Assembly (NCBI GenBank): GCA_016219015.1
Contig: JACRCL010000032.1
Span: 26,588 to 90,587, forward strand
Reading direction: 5' to 3'
DNA from: Deltaproteobacteria bacterium
GTDB taxonomy: Bacteria; Desulfobacterota; GWC2-55-46
Length of the DNA: 64,000 bases
Under the pieces are notes generated by a model. It made no database searches and was not told the DNA's origin. It saw nothing but the letters and a program-made list of their open reading frames with translations. Position numbers and translations under genes: made by a program. Positions 1 to 8,058 of this stretch are shown in pieces (the first letter of the stretch is position 1; every line of letters begins with the position of its first letter).

Positions 1-513
1 GAAAGGCCGAGGGACTCATCGGGCTCGGCGGTGGTATCGAGCCTCGAAGGGACCCGGACGATACTCGTCGAGGTGCAGTCGCTCGTCTGCCCGACCCTTT
101 TCGGGATGCCGAGGAGGACGGTGGTGGGGGTCGATTACAACAAGGTCATACTCCTTGCCGCGGTCCTCGAGAAAAAAGCCGGGATAGCCCTTGCCAACCA
201 CGACATATTCATAAAGGTGGCCGGCGGGATGAGGCTCGACGAGCCGGCCATAGACCTCGGGGTGCTCGCCTCCATGACGTCGAACTTCCTCGATAAGCCC
301 ATAGACCCATCCACCGTTATATTCGGCGAGGTCGGCCTTGCCGGAGAGGTGAGGGCCATAAGCCAGGTGGAGCCGAGGGTAAGGGAGGCCTCGAAGCTCG
401 GCTTTCAGAGGTGCATACTGCCTAAAGATAACCTAAAGGGGCTTAAAAAACCCGGCGATATGAAGCTTGACGGAGTTTCCAACATAAAAGAGGCTATAGA
501 GAAGTTCTTCTAA
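1..513 (+). CDS. radA: DNA repair protein RadA/Sms, C-terminal part (5' truncated by window)
   Basis: Frame open from base 1; EGTRTILVEVQSLV, DEPAIDLG and FGEVGLAGEVR motifs of the RadA Lon-like C-terminal domain. Confidence 0.95.
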   Translation, partial: ERPRDSSGSAVVSSLEGTRTILVEVQSLVCPTLFGMPRRTVVGVDYNKVILLAAVLEKKAGIALANHDIFIKVAGGMRLDEPAIDLGVLASMTSNFLDKPIDPSTVIFGEVGLAGEVRAISQVEPRVREASKLGFQRCILPKDNLKGLKKPGDMKLDGVSNIKEAIEKFF

Positions 514-681
514 GGAAGCTCTGATTAATTATGTCTTCCTGTCATTCTGAGGGAGCGGAGTGACCGAAGAATCTCGTAACTTGCTGATTTGTATACTACG
601 AGATTCTTCCCCTTCACTTCGCTCAGGGCTTCGGCTCACACGCTCAGAATGACATGCTGTTGCAAATTAATCAGAGGTTCC
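514..681. mobile_element. MITE with IS5-like terminal inverted repeats (TIRs) enclosing a palindromic 'GTCATTCTGAG...CTCAGAATGAC' core (core B)
   Basis: TIRs GGAAGCTCTGATTAATT / AATTAATCAGAGGTTCC; CTAA duplicated at 510-513 and 682-685; core at 541-653 recurs inverted at 20441-20554. Confidence 0.85.
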
Positions 682-685
682 CTAA

Positions 686-772
686 GAGGGTTGCGGAAAA
701 AGTCCTCAAAGTTGTCATTCTGATGGGCCGAGCGGCGAAGATAACGCGGCAGGTGGGCTTTTTCAGCAGCCT
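686..772. repeat. Degenerate family-A MITE with a core-B fragment
   Basis: GGTTGCGGAAAAAGTCC...GGGCTTTTTCAGCAGCCT ends; internal GTCATTCTGA. Confidence 0.6.
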
Positions 773-802
773 TTAATAAATAATGTATTATCTCTTTGAT
801 TT

Positions 803-811
803 TGCTATAAT
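803..811 (+). promoter_or_regulatory. Extended -10 sigma70 promoter element
   Basis: TGcTATAAT about 40 nt upstream of the ATG at 850. Confidence 0.55.
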
Positions 812-849
812 ATCAACTACATTCCTGAGGCGGTGCGGGGTTACTGGTC

Positions 850-2388
850 ATGGGTATTGGCAGAAGGAGAGCTTGCAGGGACGGTTTATTGTTCTTTCTC
901 ATGGTATTCGCGCTGTTATCGATAAGGGGCCGGGCTGAAGGCTCGGACAGGCCCTATTACACGGACATCGGCCAGTTCAATTACGCCAAGTTCCTCATGC
1001 GCGAAGGGGATTACAAGGCCGCCTCAAAGGAGTTCGCGAGGTTCATAGAGGGCTTCCCGGAAAGCCCCCTCATGTCCGAGGCCCAGTTCGGGCTATCCAA
1101 GGCATACTTTTACGCCGGCCTTTTCCGCGAGGCGGAGGAGGAGTTGAGCCTGTATCTTTCAAACTTCGGGGACAGCCCCGACGCCCTGGAGGCGTTGGCT
1201 TTGTTGGGCGAGACCGAAAAAAAGCTCAAGGAAAAGAGCATCCCGGTAATAACCCCCAGGCCGGGCGAGCCCGTAAGGGCGCTTAGGGCCGTACAGGTCA
1301 TGCTCTTCGAGGGTAAGGACTACACGGGGGTGGAAGAAGAGCTTGAATCCCTCAGAAACGCGGGGGTGGATACCGTTATATTGAGGGTCTTCCATAATAC
1401 CGGGGACAGGTACTATCCTTTCGCAAGGCCGGGTGACAGGCGCGGGGTGTATTTCAAGACCTCCAATTCGCCCGTGGTCGACGACATACTGGCGCAGGTG
1501 GTCCCTGCCGCGCACAGGCGCGGCTTGAAGGTCTTCGCGTGGATGACGACGCGCTACGCCGATTACGGGGTCGAGGGGGACGGGGCGCTGTCGTGCAAGG
1601 GCTATGACATCGCAAGAAAAACGCCTGCTGCCTGCAAAGGGCTCGACCTCTTCAACGAGGACGCGGTCAGGCGGCTTGAGGGCATATACTCGGACCTGGC
1701 TGAATACGATATCGACGGGGTGCTGTTCCAGGACGACCTTGTATTGCGGCATAACGAGGGCTTCGGCCCTTTCATGGAATCGGAGTTCAGGAAGGATACC
1801 GGGGACAACGCGGACCCCGAGGGGTTCTATCTGAGGCAGGGCGACGGCTCGGTGCATTATACGCAGCCGTTCTGGAAGTGGGCCTCATGGAAGAACAGGC
1901 GGCTGCTCAAGGTCGCTCAACGGCTGAGGGACGCGGTAAGGAAGAAAAGGCCCCAGGCGAAGTTCGCTATAAACCTCATGTACGAGTCGGTGACGAACCC
2001 GCCTTACGCCCTTGCGTGGCTGTCGCAGAACCTCGACGAGGCTGTAAAGGCCGGGTTCGATTATTATTCAATAATGGCGTACCACAGGCAGATGGAAGAG
2101 GAGCTGAATAAGACCCCGGAGGAAGTAAGGGAGATGATAGCGCGGATGGCCGGGGACGCCGTCAAGGCCATAGGGGAGCCGGGCAGGGTATTGATAAAGC
2201 TCCAGACTATAGACTGGAGGACCGGCAACGCGCTTCAAAACAGCGAGGTGGTATCGGTCATCAGGCAGGTGAAAGGAAAGGACCTGAGCCTGGCCCTGGT
2301 CCCGTACAGGGGGGACTTCCCCTTTCACGAGCTGGGCGGGACGGGGGCCGAAGGGATGGCTTCAATCGGCATCAACGGGGCGATTTGA
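850..2388 (+). CDS. Exported TPR (BamD/YbgF-like) plus PgaB-C/GH153-like glycoside hydrolase
   Basis: Hydrophobic signal; TPR pattern FPESPLMSEAQFGLSKAYF; TIM-barrel motifs KVFAWM and DGVLFQDD like PgaB GH153 (DGILFHDD). Confidence 0.7.
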   Translation: MGIGRRRACRDGLLFFLMVFALLSIRGRAEGSDRPYYTDIGQFNYAKFLMREGDYKAASKEFARFIEGFPESPLMSEAQFGLSKAYFYAGLFREAEEELSLYLSNFGDSPDALEALALLGETEKKLKEKSIPVITPRPGEPVRALRAVQVMLFEGKDYTGVEEELESLRNAGVDTVILRVFHNTGDRYYPFARPGDRRGVYFKTSNSPVVDDILAQVVPAAHRRGLKVFAWMTTRYADYGVEGDGALSCKGYDIARKTPAACKGLDLFNEDAVRRLEGIYSDLAEYDIDGVLFQDDLVLRHNEGFGPFMESEFRKDTGDNADPEGFYLRQGDGSVHYTQPFWKWASWKNRRLLKVAQRLRDAVRKKRPQAKFAINLMYESVTNPPYALAWLSQNLDEAVKAGFDYYSIMAYHRQMEEELNKTPEEVREMIARMAGDAVKAIGEPGRVLIKLQTIDWRTGNALQNSEVVSVIRQVKGKDLSLALVPYRGDFPFHELGGTGAEGMASIGINGAI

Positions 2389-2410
2389 TACGGAAATATC
2401 AAGCGTTAAC

Positions 2411-2680
2411 CGAACGCAAGAAATGGCTTTAGACGAGGCGGCCGACGAGGAAAACCGCAGGCGTACTTTTTAGCAGGCTGTTGTAAACAGCCTGCTAAGC
2501 AATCCATGGAAGGATTGCCAAATTGCGAGGCTTAAAAGCCGGGCAATTTGTGAGACTTGGACGGATTTATTCCGGCCAAGTCGTTGTTGAAAAAGCCATG
2601 GATGGACTTTTTCAATATGATAGTACGTCGAGGATTTTCCTTAGGAGGACAACAAAGTATAAAGACATTTATTGCGTTCG
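2411..2680. mobile_element. Nested MITE: outer element with 21-bp TIRs interrupted by inner elements
   Basis: CGAACGCAAGAAATGGCTTTA / TAAAGACATTTATTGCGTTCG (19/21 complementary); inner 13-bp hairpin at 2470-2498 and TTGAAAAAG..CTTTTTCAA hairpin. Confidence 0.75.
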
Positions 2681-2692
2681 CATAGAGGGTAT

Positions 2693-3406
2693 ATGACGGT
2701 CATATTGGACAAAAACTCGATCTGCTCTCTCTGCCAGTGCCACATAAGGGAGAATGCGCTTTTCACGGGGCTTAACGAGAGCCAGCTCGACGCGTTCAAG
2801 GACGTGGTCGTAATCTCCTCGTTCAAGAAGCGCGAGATAGTGTTCATGGAGGGGGACGACTGCACCGGGCTCTATATCATAAGGACGGGCAGGGTAAAGG
2901 TGGTAAGGTCCTCGTCCACGGGAAAAGAGCAGATAATAAATATCCTCAACCCCGGAGACCTCCTCGGCTTCGAGGTCTTCTACGAGGGGAAGCTCTACAG
3001 GAACACGGCCGTGGCCATGGACGACTGCGAGCTCTGCTACATAGACAAGAACTCGTTCTTCAACATACTGGAGAAAGAGCCGGACGTGTCCAGGAAGCTC
3101 ATAATCTCGCTCGGCAAGGAGCTTAACCACGCCTACGAGAGGATCGGCAACCTCGGCCTGCTGAACGCCAAGGAGAAGCTCGGGCACCTCCTCTACACGC
3201 TCGCCTCGGAGTACGGGGTGAAGGCCGACGGGGGCGTCAAGCTCCAGCTCACGCTCTCCAGGCTTGAGATAGCGGAGCTGCTGGGCATAACGCAGGAGAC
3301 CTCGATAAGGCTCCTTAAGAGCTTCAAGGAAGACGGCATCCTCGACATAAAGAGGAAAGAGATAATAATAAAATCCCTGGCCAGGCTCAAGGAGTTCGGC
3401 CAATAG
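2693..3406 (+). CDS. Crp/Fnr-family regulator with N-terminal Cys cluster (FNR-like)
   Basis: CSLCQC near N-terminus, cNMP-binding barrel, HTH SRLEIAELLGITQETSIRLL; GAGGG SD before ATG 2693. Confidence 0.88.
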   Translation: MTVILDKNSICSLCQCHIRENALFTGLNESQLDAFKDVVVISSFKKREIVFMEGDDCTGLYIIRTGRVKVVRSSSTGKEQIINILNPGDLLGFEVFYEGKLYRNTAVAMDDCELCYIDKNSFFNILEKEPDVSRKLIISLGKELNHAYERIGNLGLLNAKEKLGHLLYTLASEYGVKADGGVKLQLTLSRLEIAELLGITQETSIRLLKSFKEDGILDIKRKEIIIKSLARLKEFGQ

Positions 3407-3453
3407 GGACAAGTCCGACAAAAGCGCGTCCCGCGCGCAGACACTGACCTTTC

Positions 3454-4872
3454 ATGGCATTTTCCATCCGCACAAGGCTGACCTTCTGGTACGTGACTCT
3501 CCTCACGGTGAGCCTCCTTGCCTTCGGGGCGGCCTTCTCTTATTCGCTTGCCAAGACCTTCATGGACCATACCGACAGCCAGATAAGCTCGGTTGCGAAC
3601 ATGATGGTCCATACCGTCATAAAGCCTTCGGGGCAGCTTTTCCTGCCAAGGGACTTCGACATAATCCTCGAGAGGTTCTTCGGCATAAGGACCGCCGGCA
3701 ACTACATCCAGGTCCTCGACCCGCACGGCCAGATAGTGGCCAAGTCCTCGAACCTCGAGACCTTCAGCATGCCGCTCGTGGGCGCGACATACCACGCCGC
3801 CATCGGCGGGGCCACGACCTTCGAGATAGTCCGTAACGTCGGCAGGTACCCGGTGAGGGTCGTCACCAAGCCGATAATACTGAAGGAAAAAGGGCTTGTG
3901 GCCATTGTGCAGGTCGGCAGCTCGCTGGAGGGGATGGACGAGATATTCCATTCGCTGGCGTACATCTTCATCCTCGCGATAATCGCATCGGTCCTCATAT
4001 CCGGCTTCATCGGGTGGGCCCTGGCGCGCAAGGCCTTGAAGCCCGTGGCCGAGATAACGAAGACCGCGCGCAGGATCGGGGCCGAGAGCCTCAACGAGAG
4101 GATAAACATAACGGTCCCGCAGGACGAGATAGGGATGTTAGCCTCCACGATAAACGAGATGATGGAGAGGCTCGAGAAGTCGTTCAAGCAGATAAGACAG
4201 TTCACGGCCGACGCCTCGCACGAGCTTAAGACCCCGCTGACAATACTAAAGGGCGAGATGGAGATAGCGCTGCGGTCAAAGGACAACGTGGAGTACATGA
4301 AAGAGGCCTTGAATAGCAGCCTCGAAGAGATAGACAGGATGAACGACATAGTGAGGAACCTGCTTGACCTCGCGAAGATGGACGTTGAGAAGGGTGCGGT
4401 GCCGAAAGAGCCGGTGGACCTTGAGAAGGTCTTGAGCGACAGGTACGAGCAGTTGAAGAAGGTCGCCCTTGACAGCGGGATACACATGGCTATCCTCAGA
4501 AGTAAGCCCCTTATCGTAAGCGGCGACGCCGTAAGGATAGGCCAGCTCCTCTCCAACCTCATCGACAACGCCATCAAGTACACGCATAGGGGAGGGGCCG
4601 TCGAGCTTTCGCTTGACAGCGACGGGGGCTCGGCCGTGTTCATGGTGAGGGACACGGGGGTGGGCATCTCGAAGGAGGACCTGCCCTATATATTCGACAG
4701 GTTCTACAGGGTGGACAAGGCCCGTTCGCGCGAGGTCGGCGGCGCGGGCCTCGGGCTTTCGATATGCAAGGAGATAGCCGAATCTCACGGCGGCTCGCTC
4801 GAAGTGGACAGCGCCCACGGGCAAGGCTCGACGTTTACGGCGCGCCTCCCGCTCGCGGCGCAGACCGCCTGA
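3454..4872 (+). CDS. Membrane sensor histidine kinase (CusS/ArlS-like; HAMP-HisKA-HATPase)
   Basis: Two TM segments; FTADASHELKTPL H-box; NLIDNAIKY, DTGVGI, GAGLGLSI. Confidence 0.92.
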   Translation: MAFSIRTRLTFWYVTLLTVSLLAFGAAFSYSLAKTFMDHTDSQISSVANMMVHTVIKPSGQLFLPRDFDIILERFFGIRTAGNYIQVLDPHGQIVAKSSNLETFSMPLVGATYHAAIGGATTFEIVRNVGRYPVRVVTKPIILKEKGLVAIVQVGSSLEGMDEIFHSLAYIFILAIIASVLISGFIGWALARKALKPVAEITKTARRIGAESLNERINITVPQDEIGMLASTINEMMERLEKSFKQIRQFTADASHELKTPLTILKGEMEIALRSKDNVEYMKEALNSSLEEIDRMNDIVRNLLDLAKMDVEKGAVPKEPVDLEKVLSDRYEQLKKVALDSGIHMAILRSKPLIVSGDAVRIGQLLSNLIDNAIKYTHRGGAVELSLDSDGGSAVFMVRDTGVGISKEDLPYIFDRFYRVDKARSREVGGAGLGLSICKEIAESHGGSLEVDSAHGQGSTFTARLPLAAQTA

Positions 4873-4888
4873 ACGGTTCGGCATCTAA

Positions 4889-5030
4889 ACAATGTACTGA
4901 AAATCAAAATTCGAAAGGCTGCTCAAAAAGCTCCGGATGCGAGGCGTCAAGGAGCGAGGAATGAGGCGTGCTCTCCTTGCGTTATGACAAGACGAAGACA
5001 ACAAAGCAGACGGGCTTTTTCAGCAGCCTG
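4889..5030 (-). mobile_element. Family-A MITE, reverse orientation
   Basis: 4916-5030 is a near-exact reverse complement of 16860-16975; degenerate third TIR at 4889-4915. Confidence 0.85.
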
Positions 5031-5054
5031 TACCACAAAAAGGAGGGCTTATAA

Positions 5055-6089
5055 ATGAACATAGGGATACTTACAGGCGGCGGCGACTGCCCGGGGCTTA
5101 ACGCCGTGATAAGGGCGGTGGTCAAGCGCGGGCTCCAGTTCGGATATGAATTTACCGGCATAAGGGACGGCTGGAGGGGCCTCATACAGCCAAAGCCGTC
5201 CACCATGAAGCTCACCCGCCAGGCGGTATCGGGCCTGCTGCCTCTCGGGGGGACCATACTCGGCACGTCGAGGACAAACCCCTTCAAGGACCCGAAAGAC
5301 ACGGAAACGCTCCTCAGGAACATAAAAGACCTCAAGCTCGACGCAATCATCTGCATAGGCGGGGACGATACTTTGTCCGTTGCCGAGAAGCTCTTCGCCA
5401 GGGGGATAAAGACCATAGGCGTGCCGAAGACCATAGACAACGACCTTTCGGGCACGGACTTCACCTTCGGGTTCGACACAGCCGTAAGCATAGTCACGTG
5501 GGCGCTCGACAGGCTCCACTCCACGACCGAGGCGCACCAGAGGGTCATGGTAGTCGAGGTAATGGGCAGGCACGCCGGCTGGATAGCGGTCTACGGCGGG
5601 ATAGCCGGCGGGGCCGACGTGATACTGATACCCGAGAAGCCCTTTGACGTTGAAGAGGTCTGCGGGTACATAAAAAAGAGGAAAGAGGCGGGCAAGAACT
5701 TCAGCCTCGTCGTTGCCGCCGAGGGCGCGTACCCCAAGGAGGCGGGCGGCATGATAACGAAGGACAAGGAGCTCGACGCCTTCGGCCACGCGAAGCTCGG
5801 GGGCGTCGGGGAGTTCCTCGCAAGCGAGATAGAAAAAAGGCTCGGGCTCGAGTCCCGCTTCGTTGTCCTCGGCCATTTGCAGAGGGGCGGCACGCCCACG
5901 GCCTACGACAGGGTACTCGCCACGCGATTCGGCGTGAGGGCCATAGAGATGGTCAACGAGGGCAAGTTCGGCAGGATGGTCGCGCTCCAGGGCAATAAGA
6001 TAGTCGATATATCGCTCCAGGAGGCCACAGCCAAGCTCAAGACCGTGGATATGGAGATGTACCGGACGGCCCAGATATTCTTCGGCTAA
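5055..6089 (+). CDS. pfkA: 6-phosphofructokinase
   Basis: GGGDCPGLNAVIR, GGDDT, PKTIDND, EVMGRHAG, LGHLQRGG. Confidence 0.95.
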   Translation: MNIGILTGGGDCPGLNAVIRAVVKRGLQFGYEFTGIRDGWRGLIQPKPSTMKLTRQAVSGLLPLGGTILGTSRTNPFKDPKDTETLLRNIKDLKLDAIICIGGDDTLSVAEKLFARGIKTIGVPKTIDNDLSGTDFTFGFDTAVSIVTWALDRLHSTTEAHQRVMVVEVMGRHAGWIAVYGGIAGGADVILIPEKPFDVEEVCGYIKKRKEAGKNFSLVVAAEGAYPKEAGGMITKDKELDAFGHAKLGGVGEFLASEIEKRLGLESRFVVLGHLQRGGTPTAYDRVLATRFGVRAIEMVNEGKFGRMVALQGNKIVDISLQEATAKLKTVDMEMYRTAQIFFG

Positions 6090-6238
6090 CAGGCTGCTGA
6101 AAAAGCCCAATCTGCGGCGTCGTCTTCAAAATTCGTCACTGCGGCGTACAAAGTACGCCGCCTCATTCCTCATTTTTCGACTCCTTGCATCTTAGACTTT
6201 TTGAGCAGCCTGATGCGATTTGAGTCTTTTAGCGATAC
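6090..6238 (+). mobile_element. Family-A MITE abutting the pfkA stop codon
   Basis: CAGGCTGCTGAAAAAG...TTTTTGAGCAGCCTG (6090-6212) plus degenerate third TIR; near-identical to the 7879 and 10550 copies. Confidence 0.88.
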
Positions 6239-6240
6239 CT

Positions 6241-6708
6241 ATGCATATCTCAAGACTCTTTATATTACTACTTGCGCTCGCTGTTATTATTCCGGCCTGC
6301 GGGAAAAAGTCTACTGACGAGGAGCTTGTAAGAAAGGCCGTGGACAGGGCCGTAAGAAATGTCGAGGAAAAGGACGTAAGCGCCTTCATGAAGCTCGTCT
6401 CAAAAGACTACAGGGACAACGAGGGGAACGACTATAACGGGGTCAAGGGGATACTCGTCTACGAGCTTTTAAGGAAAGAAAGGGTGAGGGTCTTCGTAAG
6501 GAGCCTTGCCGTAGAGGTAAAGGGGGATGAGGCCCTTATCGACGCGAGGGTGGCGCTTGTAAGGGGCATGGACGCGGAAGGCGTTAAAGACATCATCCCG
6601 GAGAACGCCGAGGCCATGAGGTTCAACGTGGTATTCAGGAAAGAGGGAGGGGACTGGAAGGCCGTAAACGCAAGCTGGACGCACCTGGGCGCAACGGGCC
6701 TTTTATGA
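6241..6708 (+). CDS. Lipoprotein, NTF2/SnoaL-like fold
   Basis: Lipobox IIPA-C; 'FMKLVSKDYRD' and C-terminal 'FRKEGGDWK' pattern. Confidence 0.65.
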   Translation: MHISRLFILLLALAVIIPACGKKSTDEELVRKAVDRAVRNVEEKDVSAFMKLVSKDYRDNEGNDYNGVKGILVYELLRKERVRVFVRSLAVEVKGDEALIDARVALVRGMDAEGVKDIIPENAEAMRFNVVFRKEGGDWKAVNASWTHLGATGLL

Positions 6709-7280
6709 ACACGCATAGCGAGCGCAAAGCGAGCGAACAGAAATCGAAATCTTCCTTATGTGTCGAAGATCCCCCGCAGCTTGCTGCGGGGAGATTCAGC
6801 GAGGAGCCGGAAGGGAAAAGGTTCATAGCCGACGCCATGCTCGGCAAGCTCGCCAGATGGATGAGGACGCTCGGCTATGACGTCGAGTACGAAAAGTCAA
6901 TTGGCGACGAGGAGCTTGTAAAAAGGGCTTTGGACGAAGACAGGCTTATAATCACGAGGGATACACTGTTAATAAAGCGGCGGAAGGTCAGAGGCCGCTT
7001 TTTTTTCGTAAAGAGCGATGAGGCCGCCGGACAGTTAAAGGAAATAACCGGGCAATTCAAGCCCCCGGAGGGCCTCTTCCTTACGCGGTGCCTGAGGTGC
7101 AATACCGCGCTTATAGACGCGGACAAAAAAGATATGGAAGGCAAGGTCCCGCCGTATGTATTCAAGACACAGGAACACTTCTCGGTCTGTACGAGGTGCG
7201 GGCGCATATACTGGGGCGGCACGCACAGGGCGCGGATGGTCGAGGAGCTGGAGAGGATGCTTAAGGGCGAAGGCGGATAA
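6705..7280 (+). CDS. Mut7-C RNase-like PIN/Zn-ribbon protein (DUF82) with 30-aa N-terminal insert
   Basis: FIADAMLGKLARWMRTLGYD, TRD, RCLRCN, CTRCGRIYWGGTH. Confidence 0.88.
   Translation: MNTHSERKASEQKSKSSLCVEDPPQLAAGRFSEEPEGKRFIADAMLGKLARWMRTLGYDVEYEKSIGDEELVKRALDEDRLIITRDTLLIKRRKVRGRFFFVKSDEAAGQLKEITGQFKPPEGLFLTRCLRCNTALIDADKKDMEGKVPPYVFKTQEHFSVCTRCGRIYWGGTHRARMVEELERMLKGEGG
6709..6798. repeat. 90-nt palindrome-bearing element read in frame in the Mut7-C gene
   Basis: Hairpin CCCCGCAGCTTGCTGCGGGG; related hairpins at 45295 and 45491; removal gives ATG AGC GAG GAG. Confidence 0.65.
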
Positions 7281-7399
7281 AATTCATTATGGGATTATTT
7301 CGCGCCCTTGCAATGACGATATTCCCCCCCCGTTCTCCGTATTGCTTTATCCCCATAAAGATGTTAGCGTCATCTCGATCAGATACAGGGAGATAATCC

Positions 7400-7726
7400 A
7401 TGGGTGAGCGCTATATCCTTGTTTTTTCGACTGTCCCGAGCCCGGAGGAGGGCGCGCGGATAGGCAAGGCGGTCGTCGGGGAGGGGCTTGCGGCCTGCTG
7501 TAATATCATCCCCGGCCTCCGCTCCATATACCTCTGGAAAGGCAAGCTCTGCGACGAGGGCGAGGCGCTCTGCCTCCTAAAGACAAGGGCGCAGCTCTTC
7601 GACAGGCTCAAAGACAGGATAAAGGAGCTCCACACCTACGAGGTCCCCGAGATAGTAGCTATTGATATAAAGGACGGGCTCAGGGAGTACCTGAGCTGGA
7701 TTGGCACGGTCACGGAAGGGCCGTGA
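7400..7726 (+). CDS. cutA: Divalent-cation tolerance protein CutA
   Basis: LAACCNIIPGLRSIYLWKG, LHTYEVPEI. Confidence 0.93.
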   Translation: MGERYILVFSTVPSPEEGARIGKAVVGEGLAACCNIIPGLRSIYLWKGKLCDEGEALCLLKTRAQLFDRLKDRIKELHTYEVPEIVAIDIKDGLREYLSWIGTVTEGP

Positions 7727-7827
7727 GGCATGGCCTACCCCTCTCGCGCACAGGCGCACCTGTCTTTTTCCCGTTTTTTCAACTCACAGCAGGAAGATAA
7801 GGCCCGGCTTTGCGGCACCCTTTTCTT

Positions 7828-7856
7828 TTGACAAAGGATTAGCGATTCTTTACAAT
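7828..7856 (+). promoter_or_regulatory. sigma70 promoter for lepA-lepB
   Basis: TTGACA-17 nt-TACAAT. Confidence 0.75.
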
Positions 7857-7878
7857 ATAATATTACGGTTTTTTTTAA

Positions 7879-8030
7879 CAGGCTGCTGAAAAAGCCCTGT
7901 TCTACCGCGTCGTCTTCAAAATTCGTCTTTGCGGCGTACAAGGCAAGTACGCCTCATTCCTCATTTTTCGACTCCTTGCATCTTAGACTTTTTGAGCAGC
8001 CTGTTTGTGATTTTGAGTTTTTTCAACCTG
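7879..8030 (+). mobile_element. Family-A MITE in the lepA leader
   Basis: TTAA duplicated at 7875-7878 and 8031-8034; three TIR-like segments. Confidence 0.88.
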
Positions 8031-8058
8031 TTAAAAAAACGCTTTATACCGGAGGAAA

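Noticed and set aside
796..816. TTGAT...ATCAA as an FNR box
   Set aside because: The spacer is 11 nt, not 4; it overlaps an extended -10 element instead
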